Assembly (NCBI RefSeq): GCF_006345805.1
Contig: NC_043023.1
Location: 5,270,001-5,334,000, forward strand
Length of the DNA: 64,000 nucleotides
Reading direction: 5' to 3'
DNA from: Octopus sinensis
Lineage: Eukaryota
Shown here: positions 12,181 to 24,398 of the stretch, piece after piece
Layout of the letters: the number at the start of each line of letters is the position of its first letter
Position numbering within the stretch: the first letter of the stretch is position 1
Notes under the pieces: generated by a model
What the model was told of the DNA's origin: nothing
The model's database searches: none
What the model saw: the letters and a program-made list of their open reading frames with translations, nothing else
Program-made: the position numbers and the translations under genes

Positions 12181-12785
12181 CCAGTTGCAGTTGCATATAT
12201 AACAGCAGCATCAGACCTAATGCAGTGAATCAATGATTAAAAATGCTGCATCTGTAACCAGCTTATCTTTGGCAACGTTACTATCAGTCTGAATATGCTT
12301 GATGTATGTTTGAAATGGGGAACAAGCTACTCACTGCATTTTGTCACGGAGAGTATATCTTGCAGCACGACCTACCTAGATTGTGAGATGCTAGCATTTC
12401 ATAGTAGTTATCTCCTCATTGGTCACAGACACCAGGCAGACAACGCTATGAGCTGAATTAAGAGATTACCTCTCTTATGCTTTTCTAGTCACCATACAAT
12501 GACTGGTAGTGCTATATGGTGGCTCACTGTAAGTAAATGACAAAAGGGGAGCACAAAGCAGTGATAAGTGAAATTGCAATGTTATTATCAGTCTGAATAA
12601 GCTTGATGCACATTTGGACTGAGGAGCAAACTAACTACTCACTGTGTTTTGTCATGGAGAATATATCTTGCTTGTTGACAAATGGTGTGCATACACCTAG
12701 ATCAGTTTGCCACACCATTTGTGAGATGCTAGCATTTCAGAGTAGTTATTTCCTCATCAGTTACAGACACCAGGCAGACGACACT

Positions 12786-13128
12786 TTTTTGTGGACCCCT
12801 TTGGTCATGACACTGACCATGGGCTTGCACCTAGAAAGTTACCCTCCCAAGCACAAGTCTGGGCAAGGTTGTTTATGGAAGGCCAGCAGTCGCCCATGCA
12901 TACCAGCCTCCCCTCTCCACACCACTGATGTTATCTAAAGAAAAGGCAAAGGGGCCGATACAGCTTGGCACCTGTGACATCACAACTCATTTCTACAGCT
13001 GAGTGAACTGGAGCAATGTGAAATAAAGTGTCTTGCTCAAGAACACAACACACAGCCCAGTCCAGGATTCAAGCTCAAAACCTCACGATCGTAAGCTTGA
13101 TGCTCTAACCACTGAGCCATGTGCCTTC
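12786..13128 (-). mobile_element. tRNA-derived SINE with 8-bp TSD acgacact
   Basis: TSD at 12778-12785 and 13129-13136. Head gtgaaggcacatggctcagtggttagagc on the minus strand. The empty site is visible in the neighbouring repeat copy. Confidence 0.85.
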
Positions 13129-13339
13129 ACGACACTATGAGCTGAATTAAGAGACTAGCTCTCTTATGCTTTTCCAGTCAGCATACAATGACTGGTAGTG
13201 CTATAAGGTGACTCACTGTAAGTAAATTACAAAACGGAAGCACTAAGCTGTGATAAGTGAAATTGCAATGTTATTATCAGTCCAAATATGCTTGATGCAC
13301 ATTCGAACTGAGGAACAAGCTACTCACAGTGTTTTGTCT

Positions 13340-13690
13340 TTTATTCAGACATAGTGCATCTAGGAGTACATTATCTAATGTATAGCAGTTAGTGTTAGTG
13401 CTTGTAGTTGTTATTGTTTAGCTCCAGGTTAGTTTTGATCCAGTAGACCTATGATCAAAGGCTTCCAACTGTGACCATCCCATCTTATATTCAGATATAA
13501 TGTATCTAGGACTAGATTATCTAAGGTATAGTACGGTGTTAGTACTATAGGCTATATTTGTTGTTGTTTAGCCCCAGGCCAGTCCTGATTCAACAGACTT
13601 ATGATCAAAGATGTTCCAGCTGTGACCATTCCATGGTTTGTGACATAGTGCATCTAGGACTACATTATCTAATGTATAGCAGTTAGTATT
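13340..13690 (+). repeat. ~150-bp dispersed/tandem repeat family (also ~14170-14380, 18830-19130, 20480-20560, 40060-40320, 40740-40880, 51000-51170, 51600-51720)
   Basis: Recurrent gttgtttagccccaggtcag...gacctatgatcaaag...gtgaccatcccatcttttattcagacatagtg.atctagg. Confidence 0.8.
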
Positions 13691-13739
13691 AGTGGTGTAG
13701 CATACACTTGAGTGAAATTCTTCTCCTCTCTATTATATA

Positions 13740-14045
13740 TGTGGAGGCACATGGCCTAGTAGTTAGAGCAGCGGACTCGTGGTTGAGGGATCACGGGTTC
13801 GAATTTCAGACCGGGCAATGTGTGTGTTTATGAGCGAAACACCTAAGCTCCACACGGCTCCGACAGAAGGTAATGGTGAACTTCTGCTGACTGTTTTGCC
13901 ACAACTTTCTCTCACTCTTTCCTCCTGCATCTTGCAGCTCACCTGTGACGAACCAGCGTCCCATCCAGGTGGGGAACCTATATGTCAAGGAAACCAGGAA
14001 ACTGGCCCTATATGCCAAGGAAACCAGGAAACTGGCTTGAGAAGG
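13740..14045 (+). mobile_element. tRNA-derived SINE with V-domain-like motif and 28-bp terminal duplication (related copy ~19230-19440)
   Basis: Head ggaggcacatggcctagtagttagagc and motif ccagcgtcccatccagg. Confidence 0.65.
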
Positions 14046-14927
14046 AACAAACAACTGTTATATATACATATATACGAATGCAGTAGATAACAGCTAGCCT
14101 TTGGCTGCATTTTGGACCCTGTTGTGTCCACTACTCTGATTGATTGGTATTGGTACAATTTGTCTTATATTTGTTGTTTAGTACTACATTAGTTCTTATC
14201 CAACAGACCTATAATCAAGATGTCATGTCAGTGACCATTCTGCCTTTTATTCAGACATAGTGTATCTAGGGATACATTACCTGGTAGTAAGTAAGCATTA
14301 CTCAACAGTAAGTATTAGCAGTTACAGTTGTTATTTAACCCCAGATCAGACCTGATCCAGCAAGCATATAATCCATCTTATATTCATAAACTCCTTCATT
14401 GGGTTTATAATATACTGTTTTGTATTACAGTTCCAAGATCACATCCACTTGTAGACATCATCATCACCATAATCATCAATAACATTTAACAATCGTTTTC
14501 TAAGGTGCCATGGGTTGGACAGCTTGACAAAAACTGGCCAGGCCAGGGGCTGCACCAGGTTCCATAGTCTGTTTTGGCTTGGTTTCTATGGATGGATGCT
14601 CTTCCTAACACCAACCACTCCACAGAATGTACTGGGTGCTTTTTACATGGCACCATCACCAGAGCTTTTTATGCAGCGCCTTCAGTTTTAGGATTTCAAT
14701 TCTGTTGTGGTGGGCAGGTCTTTTTGAGTACAGCTATTTGCTACATATCACAGCCCTCTGCTATCTCCTTCTTAAGTTCTTTGAGATCAGTCTTCAATAT
14801 TTCCTCCCATGTCTTCCTGGGTTTCCTGCCACAACTTCCCTTGCTCTCACTGTAGTGCTTTTCCATTTCAATCCCACCACACCAAAGCAGACAAAACAGA
14901 AACGATAAATGATATGCTTCCACTTAC

Positions 14928-15001
14928 TTGGTTAGCAATGAAATCCAGAACCAGAGTTGTTAGCGGATCAGATTTGGCAAGATTTAACAACTTCAAGCAG
15001 A
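14928..15001 (-). CDS. MEI1: MEI1-like coding exon 3 (74 nt, phase 1-0): (V)CLKLLNLAKSDPLTTLVLDFIANQ
   Basis: Acceptor cctttccttttacaaatatttccag and donor gtaagt. Phase matches exon 2. Aligns to MEI1 [25 protein letters not shown] as recalled. Confidence 0.72.
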
Positions 15002-15959
15002 CTGGAAATATTTGTAAAAGGAAAGGTAGAATTTCAGGAATTTGAGATTGAAATAGTTTAGACTAATATTTGGCATAAAGAGCAAACAGGCCCACTAACA
15101 GGGCTTAAATCATATACCTATCACTTGTTGAGTATGTGTGTGCACGTGTAAATTACATATATATATATATATATTTATAATTTAGGGTATCTAAGAGATA
15201 CCTCCACGCTGGAAATAGAAGCCAAAACTTGACTCTCTTGGTGCTGTATGAACATTTAATGTGGTTTTAGAGTCAAGTTTTGGCTGCTATTTCCAGTGTG
15301 GAAGTATCTCTTAGATACCCTAAATCATAATTTGAATAATAATGATTACCTTTGAAGGTTTTTATTCCCATGCTGGCCACTTGATAAGATCAATAATTAA
15401 ATTAATGATCTTATCATTATATATATATATATGTATGTATGTATGAAAGAAGGTTTGAAAATGCAATTTTAAAAGATGTTTATTCACTTGACTGATTTCA
15501 CTTTTTTAGAAAAAGATTGTCAAAAGTAACATGTAAAAGCTTTGTTGTGTTAGGTACTGGTTGTCACAAAAAATTACAATACATATATACATTCTTTGAT
15601 AATAAGAAAATGTTAAAAACAGTTTACAAGGAAAAATCTTAAAATATTAGGATTTCATTAAAAATCATGTTTGTTTGGAAGTATCTATATATATACACAG
15701 AAAATTATAAGTTCAAAAAGGTCATATTTTGGTGGTATATATATCATCATCATCATCATCATCGTTTAGTGTCCGCTTTCCATGGGTTGGACGGTGCAAC
15801 TGGGGTCTGGGAAGCCAGAAGGCTGCACCAGGCCCAGTCTAATCTGGCAATGTTTCTACGGCTGGATGCCCTTCCTAACGCCAACCACTCCATGAGTGTA
15901 GTGGGTGCTTTTTACGTGCCACACACAGAGGGAGATATATTTAGGAGTTTACAAAGAAT

Positions 15960-18085
15960 TTGAGATGGACTGACTTGTTTCACCATTTTATTGTAAATGG
16001 CTATTTTCTATTTTAAGGGAGTGTGGGAGGTTGGTTTGGGTGGGGAAAGGAAGAACAATTTGGATTTGAAAGGAATTTTTTGTTTCTCTTTCAAGGTTCA
16101 GTGGTTTGGGGGATTGGTCTTTAGAGGTCAGAATGGTGTGAGTGTGTGTGTGTCTGTGTATGTGTGTATATACATGTGTTTGTGCTTGTGTGTGTTTGGG
16201 CCGTTTTTGATTGGTCCCAGGGTTTATTGTGGTGCATGTAAATGTGTCTGTGTGTGTTTAATATTTGGTAGGATGGTGTGTGTATATGTGTGCACGTTTG
16301 TGTGTGTGTGTGATTAATTCGTTAGGGTTTGTGTGTGTGCAAGTGTGTGTATGTGTGTGTTTGTGAGCAATCGTATGTGTGTGTGATTGTCTTGGTGTTG
16401 TGTATGTGTGTGTGACTGTCTTGGTGTTGTGCATGTGTGTGTATTTATGTGCGTGATTAGTATTTGTCATGGTGTTGTGTGTGCGCATGTGTGTGTATAT
16501 GTGCATCTGTATGTGTGTGCGTGTATGTTTGTGTGTTTTTGTGTTAGTGGGGATGTTATGTGAGTGTGTGTGTTGTGTCTGTCTTAGTATGTTTGTGTTT
16601 TAATTGTCCATGTGGTGTGTGTGGATATGAACAACCGTATGTGTGTGTGAGGGTGCATATGTATGTGTGTGGGTATGTATGAATTTGTATATGTGTGTAA
16701 GTGTATTGTATTTATCAGGGGTTCTGTGTGTCCATGTGTGTTGGGTTTATCTGGGTGGTGTGTATGTGTGTGCATATACATTTTGTGTGTGTTGGTATTG
16801 AGTATGCGTTTGTGAGTGTGTGCATATATGTGGGTATGGTTTATGTAGTTTCTGGGTGTGTGTATGTGTGTGTTGCATTTGTGAGTGATTTGTTTTGTTT
16901 GTATTGTTAGTGAAGTGTATGTGTATACGTGTAGGTGTGTTTGTGTGGGTATCTCTATGTGTCTTGTATTTGTCGGAGAGGTGTGTGTCATTGTGTGTGT
17001 GTGCATGTTTGTGTGTATGTATGTTTGTGAGTGTTTGTTGTGATTGTATTGTGCGTGTATGTGTGTTTTTTTTCTTTTGAGTGTGTGTGTGTACAGGTGT
17101 GCATAAATGCGTATGTGTTAGTGTGAGTTGTATTGTAGTTGCATGTTTGTTTATGTATCTGTGTATGTGTGGGTGTGTTTGTGTGAATGTGATTTGTAAT
17201 TTCGGGGTGGTGTGTGTAGGTGTGTGCATGTCTGTGTTCACATATGTGTGTATGTGTGTGTAAGTGTTGGTTATGGTTGCTAGAATCATGTTGCAAGTGT
17301 ATATATGTATGTGCTTTTTTCTTGGGATGTGTGGGTTTGTGCTCTAGTGTGAGGATATTGTGTATGTGCATGTGTTGGAGGTTGGCATTGATTTTGTGTG
17401 TGCGTGATTCTGTATACCTGTATGTGTTTCTGTGTGTGTTTGTTTTGGATGTGTACCTGGGGTGTATGTTAGAGTATGTTGAGTTGTGGTCTATATTTTT
17501 GAATAAGATTATTTTCCCTATTTATTTGTGTTTGGTCAGTGGTGTTGTCCAGGCATTGGTATAGTGGGAAAACTAAGAATTTGGGGGACTTGTTGTGTGC
17601 ACAGAGGTCTAAATGCCCACTAAGTGGTATCTGTCTTGTGGTGGGATCTCTCAGTTGTTGGTGGTGAACTGTTATCCTTTCTCTGAGGGTAAAGCTCGTT
17701 TGCCCTATGTAATCTTTGTGGCACCCTTCACACCTTATGACATAGAGTAAATTTTTTGATGTGCAGGTAAAGTTATTTTTTATGACAAAAGTGTGTCCTG
17801 ACTGGAATTTGTACATTGTTCCTTCAATGTGGTGGATGCAAGTCCTGCAGTTGGAACGACCACATTTTTTGACAGTGGGCGGTGGGTAATTTTGCATTGG
17901 TGAGTAGGTTTTTTAGGGATTTGGGTTGTCTTCATTATTTTATGGGTTGCGAGTACTTTTTTTAGATGTGGGTCGTGATTCAGCTTTGGAATGTTGTTGT
18001 ATATAATTGTGTAAAGAAAAAACACACATACACACACAATACAATCACAACAAACACTCAGAAACATACATACATAGAAGCATTT
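15960..18085 (-). mobile_element. 5'-truncated Penelope-like element: GIY-YIG endonuclease (17469-~18010) + CA-rich 3' repeat + inverted partial repeat copy
   Basis: ORF 17469-17897 has CxxxxCxxC...FTC.SKNLLYVIRC..C...YIGQT...LRER...H...E...I..Y.PQLN. A frameshifted linker lies upstream. 18012-18080 is an inverted copy of ~17010-17078. Confidence 0.85.
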
Positions 18086-18128
18086 ATACACAAAAATTTA
18101 TGGCACGTAAGTAAAGAAATAGGTTTAC

Positions 18129-18176
18129 CTTCAATGACTAATGCCAGAAAATTCTCTTCAGTCACTTCTAATAAAT
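18129..18176 (-). CDS. MEI1: MEI1-like coding exon 2 (48 nt, phase 1-1): (D)LLEVTEENFLALVIE
   Basis: Acceptor tttctcttgtcttatttgaattctag and donor gtaaac. Frame and phase continue exon 1. Aligns to MEI1 LLCSMED..VTDLCIE as recalled. Confidence 0.72.
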
Positions 18177-20142
18177 CTAGAATTCAAATAAGACAAGAGA
18201 AATTTGTAATAATGGTTACAGTTGTTGTTCAATTCAATATTTGTGAGATGAGGGTATTTATATTATGTATATTGTTTATATACTGTGAAGGCATATGGCT
18301 TTGTGGTTAGGGCATTCGGATCATGACTGTAAGGTCATGAGTTCCATTCCTGGCGACGCGTTGTGTCCTTGAGCAAGACACTTTATTTCACATTGCTCCA
18401 GTCCACTCAGCTGCCAAAAATGAGTTGTACATGTATTCAAAGGGCCAGCCTTGTCACACTCTGTGTCACACTGAATCTCCCCGAGAACTACATTAGGGGT
18501 ACATGTGTCTGTGGATTGCTCAGTCACTTGCACATTAATTTCATGAGCAAGCTGTTCTGTTGATTGTATCAGCTGGGACCCTTGTCGTCGTAACCAACAG
18601 AGTGCTCCGCTGTTTATATTAATCAGACTGGTATCCTCATATCAATTGTTGCTTTTACCATGCTTCAGCTGTTGTGCACTCCAGCTTTATTCAGGTGGTT
18701 TGTGTTGAAAGCAGTTGTATCTGAAACAACAACTGAGTTAATCACAAGACACCTGAGGAAGGCCAGAGTGTACAACAGTCAAAATGGGGACATCAGTTTG
18801 ACTAATATAAACAGTATACACTGTTGTTGTTGTTGTTTAGCAATAGGTCAGTATTGATCCTGCAGACCTATAATCAAAGATGTAACCACCCCATCTCTTT
18901 ATTCAGACACAGTGCATCTAGGATTACATTATCTAATTTATAGTAGTTAATATTGATGTTTACAGTTGCTGTAACCATCCAGCAGACCTATGATCAAATA
19001 TGTTCCAACCACGACCATTCCATCCTGTTTAGGTGTAGTGTACGTAGGACAACATAATACATTGCCCTTACTTTTTAAAAGTAAGTTTGCTGAGATTTGA
19101 AGAAGACTTGGCTGCTATTGTTAGCAGGTTGAGTAACTGCAGATCAGACTTCTTGTGTTGAGCTGAATTTGAAGAGGAGTGGATCAATCAATTTTGAGGG
19201 TATTCAATCAGTCATTAGTACTAACTATTGTGGAGGCACATGGCTTAGTGGTTAGGGTGTTGGACTCATGATTGTAAGACTGTGGTTTCAATTCCTGGAC
19301 CAGGCAATACATTGTGTTCTTGAGCAAGACACTTCATTTCATGTTGCTCCAGCTGGCAAAAATGAGTAATCCTCCAATGGACTGGTGTCCCATCCAGGTA
19401 GGAAATATATACACTATGAAACTGAGAAACTAGCTCTTATTAATTGGGATAACTCAAGAAGGTAACCTTACCATTTTTTTCTTTAAATACTGACTACAGA
19501 CCTTACTATACATTAGATAAAGTAGTCCTAGATACACTATGTCTGAATAAAAGATGGGACAGTGATAGCTGGAGATGAGACAGTAATAGCTGGAGCTAAG
19601 CACATGTATACACACACACACACACAATCTCTCCCTTTCTCTCTCTCTCATGTACACTAGCACACATACATATATGCACTCTCATACACATACTATCACA
19701 TGTACACGTATGCATGCACATCATCCTTTTTATGCTGGGTGGTTGGTGTTTGGAAAGGCATCCAACCTTAAAAACCATATCAAAACAGACACAGAAGTCT
19801 GGTGCAGCTCTTGCCAAACTGTCCAACCCATGAAGGAAGATGTTAAATGACGATGATGACGTACAAAGCCTGAAAAGTGAGAGCTTGTCGATTACATCAA
19901 CCCCAGTGATCAGCTGGTACTTATTTCATGAACCCCATAAGGATAAAAGGCAAAACTGACCGTGGCAGAATTTGAACCCAGAACATAAAGACAAATGAAA
20001 CGCTGCTAAGAATTTTGTTCAGTGTGCTAACCATTCTGCCAGCTTGCCTTCTTAGTACATACACACAGATACAACACACACACATACATACAAATGTTCA
20101 CATATACACACACACTACAAACATATAAATCACCACAGAAAC

Positions 20143-20418
20143 CTATAAGAATGATGACTGTGTTCTTGAGAACATCGTAGTTGTGTGTGATAAGCAATGG
20201 CAGCTGGTCGCAATTCTGTAGGAGTCGGAGAAATTCACTAAGAACCAATTTCTTCTTGACAATCAAATAACTTGGTTCTTCAAGCAGTTCCACCAAACAG
20301 GCCACACAACTTGTTGATGTTTTCGTGGTGAGGACATCATCAAAGTTCTTGCATTTAATAGTCCAGATGCTGCTGTGTCTTGGATGGTTGCTTGTTTTGA
20401 ACACGTTCTGTTCCATCA
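20143..20418 (-). CDS. MEI1: MEI1-like (meiosis inhibitor 1) first coding exon; ATG at 20416
   Basis: Pyrimidine-rich acceptor (ctctcttattgtttcag), then TG+ATG, 91 open codons MEQNVFKTSNHPRHSSIW...SCVACLVELLEEPSYLIVKKKLVLSEFLRLL...VIILI+G, and donor gtttct (phase 1). The RH..W, C.AC..ELL..P and V.KK..LS.F motifs match the vertebrate MEI1 N-terminus as recalled. Confidence 0.8.
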
Positions 20419-22483
20419 CTGAAACAATAAGAGAGGGCAGAGAAGAATTTTTAATGACTGTGAATACAATGTTGCTGTTGTTGTTGATGTAGTAGTTATT
20501 TAGCCCTAGGTTAGTCTTGGCCTAACAGATCTATGATTAAAAATGTTACATCTGTAACCATCACTTACTCTTTTATTTGTTTCAGTCATTTGACTGTGGT
20601 CATGCTGGAGCACTGCCTTTAGTCGAGGAAATAGACCCCAGGATTTATTCTCTGCAAGCCTAGTACTTATTCTATCATTTTCTCTTGCCGCACCACTAAA
20701 TTATGGGGACGTAAACACATCAGCATTGGTTGTCAAGCAATGTTGAGGGGACAAACACAGACACACACACATATACGATGGGCTTCTTTCAGTTTCCGTC
20801 TACCAAATCCACTCACAAGGCTTTGGTCAGCCCAAGGCTATAGTAGAAGACACTTGCCCAAGGTGCCACGGAGTGGGACTGAACCTGGAACCACGTGGTT
20901 GGTAAGCAAGCTACTTACCACACAGCCACTTCTGCGCCTTGTTAAGATTATCTCTACAGATAAAGTGTTTAATAAACTTTGTAGCATATTATGGTTGCAT
21001 ATTATGGTGCAGGCATGGCTGTGCAGTAAGAAGCTTGGTTCCCAACCACATGGTTCCCAACCACATGGTTCCAAGTTCAGTCCCACCATGTGGCACCTTG
21101 GGCAAGTGTCTTCTACTATAGCCTCGGGCTGACCAAAACCTTGTGAGTGGATTTGGTAGATGGAAACTAAAAGAAGCCTTCATATATGTGTGAGTTTGTG
21201 TGTCTGTATTTGTCCACCCATCAATGCTTGACAACCAGTGTTGGTGTGGTTACATCCCTGTGACTTAGCAGTTCAGCAAAGGAGACTGATAGAATAACTA
21301 TTAGACTTTAAAAAATATGTCCTAAGGTCGATTTGTTTGACTAAAGTCCTTCAAGGTGATGCTCCAGTATGGCCACAGTCAACTGACTGAAACAAGAAAA
21401 AAAATAAAAGAATCCCATTTTCTATTCAGATACCACGAACCTAGGCCACAGCGTAATGAGTGAAACAAGTAAAAAGAGATTCTAAGTTACAACAAAACTT
21501 GCTGCTGTCACCAGGAAATGATCTACACATGGTTGTTGAAGGCAACCAATCAAAACCTTTATAAGGTCTTTCAGAAATGAAAACATAAACAATGAAAGCA
21601 GCCAACAATCAGTAGCACATGGGCCTCACATCAGCAACCTTTCAACAACCAGCTGTTGAACCTGACACATATGAAGACCTGACACATATGAAGAACAATC
21701 TGTGACAAAGCCTATTATTATGAAAGGAACTTTTATTTCCCTTTCCTGCCTCTCTGGCACACAATTCTGTTTGATGCTCATCTTATTCATTTATTGTTTT
21801 ATTTGTTTCAGTCATATGATTGTGGCCATGCTGGAGCACCAACTTTAGTCAAACAAATCAACACCAGGACTTTTTTTAAAGCCTAGTACTTATTCTATTG
21901 GTTCTTTTTGCCAAACTGCTAAGTTACAGGAACGTAAACACACCAACATCAGTTGTCAAGCAACGGTGTGGGGACAAACAGACACACACATGGGCTTCTT
22001 TCAGTTTCTGTCTACCAAATCCACTCACAAGGTTTCGGTCAGCCTGAGGCTATAGTAGAAGACATTTATTTGCCCAAGGTGCCATGGAGTGGGACTGAAT
22101 CCAGAACCATGTGCTTAGGAAGCAAGCTTCTTACCATATGGCCACTCCTGTGACTAATAGATACATATTAGTAAATTGTAGGGACACCTACACTGAGTTC
22201 TGCTTCCATTTGTTCCACCATATCTAGACAGCCAGCCAGAGACAGTCAGACAGGAGGACAGATAGATACATAGGCTAATAGAGAAGGAAAACAGACAGAC
22301 AGATTGACATACGGACTGACTGACAAACAGATGGACAGACAAACAGACAGATAGATAAGCTGATAGAAAGACAGATGATTAGATGGATGGACAGACAGAC
22401 AGATAGATAAGCTAATAGAAAAGGAAGATAGACAGACAGACTGGCAGATAAGCTAGAGAAGGAAGACAGACAGACAGTTGGAC

Positions 22484-22558
<75 letters not shown>

Positions 22559-23359
22559 TAGACAGACAGATAGATAGAAATAGATAGATAGACCAATACA
22601 GAAGGAACACAGGCAGACAGATGGATGGATAGACAGACACAGACAGGCAGGCTAATAGAGAAGGAAGACAGATGGACAGTTGGATAGACAGACAGAGAGA
22701 CAGAGAGACAGATAGGCTAAAAGAGAAGAAAGACTTTGGATGTGAGAGAAGAGTTGCCAGTAAAAGCAAGCATGAAATAAATTCTTTCAAAAGCCTGAAA
22801 GTACCTCAGAACTGACTGACATCTTCAGTTACCTAGGGGACCTAATTAGCAGTGGAGTGGGAGTGTTCTGAAAGCATAGTAGCCAGAGTAAGAACACAGA
22901 AGAAATAAGTTTAGGGAGCTAGCTGCAAGGGATTCTCTCTTCAGGTTAAGAGTAGATTGGATGGCATTACATGGTAATAGAAAAGAGGGACCAAATATGA
23001 AGATAGGAAAACAACCATGAAAGCAGGAAAAAAACAAATGAAACATGCTCTGTTGAATGTCTAATGTTAGGGTGGATGAGAAAAGCTGGGTATAAAAGGA
23101 ATCGGGTATTGTGTGCAAGAGGGAAGATTGCATTGGTACAAGAATGCGATACATATGAAGAGTAACGTTTGGGGAAAGAAGTGCCCTGGTAGACGGAACC
23201 TGTAGAAGAGAAAGACTGGGGGTTATACAGGTGAAAAGAATGAAAGTTGATCTCTGGATATGATTACAGATCATTAAAAGTGAAAGGGGGACACAGTGGT
23301 GGAGAAGACCTATCCAACCCATACAAGAATGGGAAAATGTGGAGATAAAATGATGATAA

Positions 23360-23415
<56 letters not shown>

Positions 23416-24398
23416 GTGTGTGTGTGTGTGTGTGTGTGTGTGAGTATGCGTGTGTGTGTATGTGTGTGTGAGTATGTGTGTGTGAGTATGTGTGTGTGAG
23501 TATGTGTGTGTATGTGAGTGTGTGTGTGTGAGTACATGTGTGTGTATGTGTGTGAGTATGTATGTGTGTAAGTATGTGTTTGTGTGAGTGTGTGTGTGAG
23601 TGTGTGTGAGTGTGTTAGTATGTGTGTGTATGTGTGTGTCTGTATGTGTATGTGTGTGTATATATACACACACACACACAGGTGTGGCTATGTTATAAGA
23701 AGTTTGTTTCTCAACCACATGATTCCAGGGTCAGTTCCACTGCATGCCACCTACTAGAGCTTCAAGGCAATCAAACCCTTGTGAATGGATTTGGTTGACA
23801 AAACCAGAAAGCAGCCCACTGGATATATATATATATACACTATATATATGTATGTGTATCTGTATACACACATACATACATTTACACACACACAAGTGTG
23901 GATGTGTGGTAAGAAGCTTGTTTCTCAACCACATGGTTCCAGTTTCAATCCCGCTGCATGTCACCTTGGGCAAATGTCTTCTACTATAGCCTCGGAGTGA
24001 CCAAACCCTTGTGAGTGGATTTGGCAGATGGAAACTGAAAGAAGCCTGTTGTGTGTGTGACATTGTGTCTGTGTTTGTCCCCTCCACCACTTGACAACTG
24101 GTGTTGGTGTGTTTATGTCTTCATAACTTAGGGGTTTGGCAAAAGGGCCAAACTTACAAAAAAAAAGAAAAGAAAAAAAGAAATGGGATCAATTCATTCA
24201 GCTAAGAATTCTTCAAGGCAGTGCTCCAGCATGGCTGCAGTCTAATGACTGAAACAAATAAAAGATATTTGGAAAAAAGATTTTCTTAAAATGAAGTTAC
24301 ATAAAAAAAAATCATCAGAAAAAAGCAGATTAATGCAGCCCTGATGGGAGTAGATTTTCATGTAAACACCTTTGGCTGTTTTTAGCGTTTTAAACATA

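Noticed and set aside
18659-18720. 62-nt minus-strand exon-like segment between MEI1 exons 1 and 2
   Set aside because: It has stops in all three frames, and exons 1 and 2 already join in frame.
21660-21695. Short perfect tandem duplications (17 bp here; 15 bp at ~21045; 20-bp motif x3 at 45270-45440)
   Set aside because: Ordinary slippage products with no further structure.
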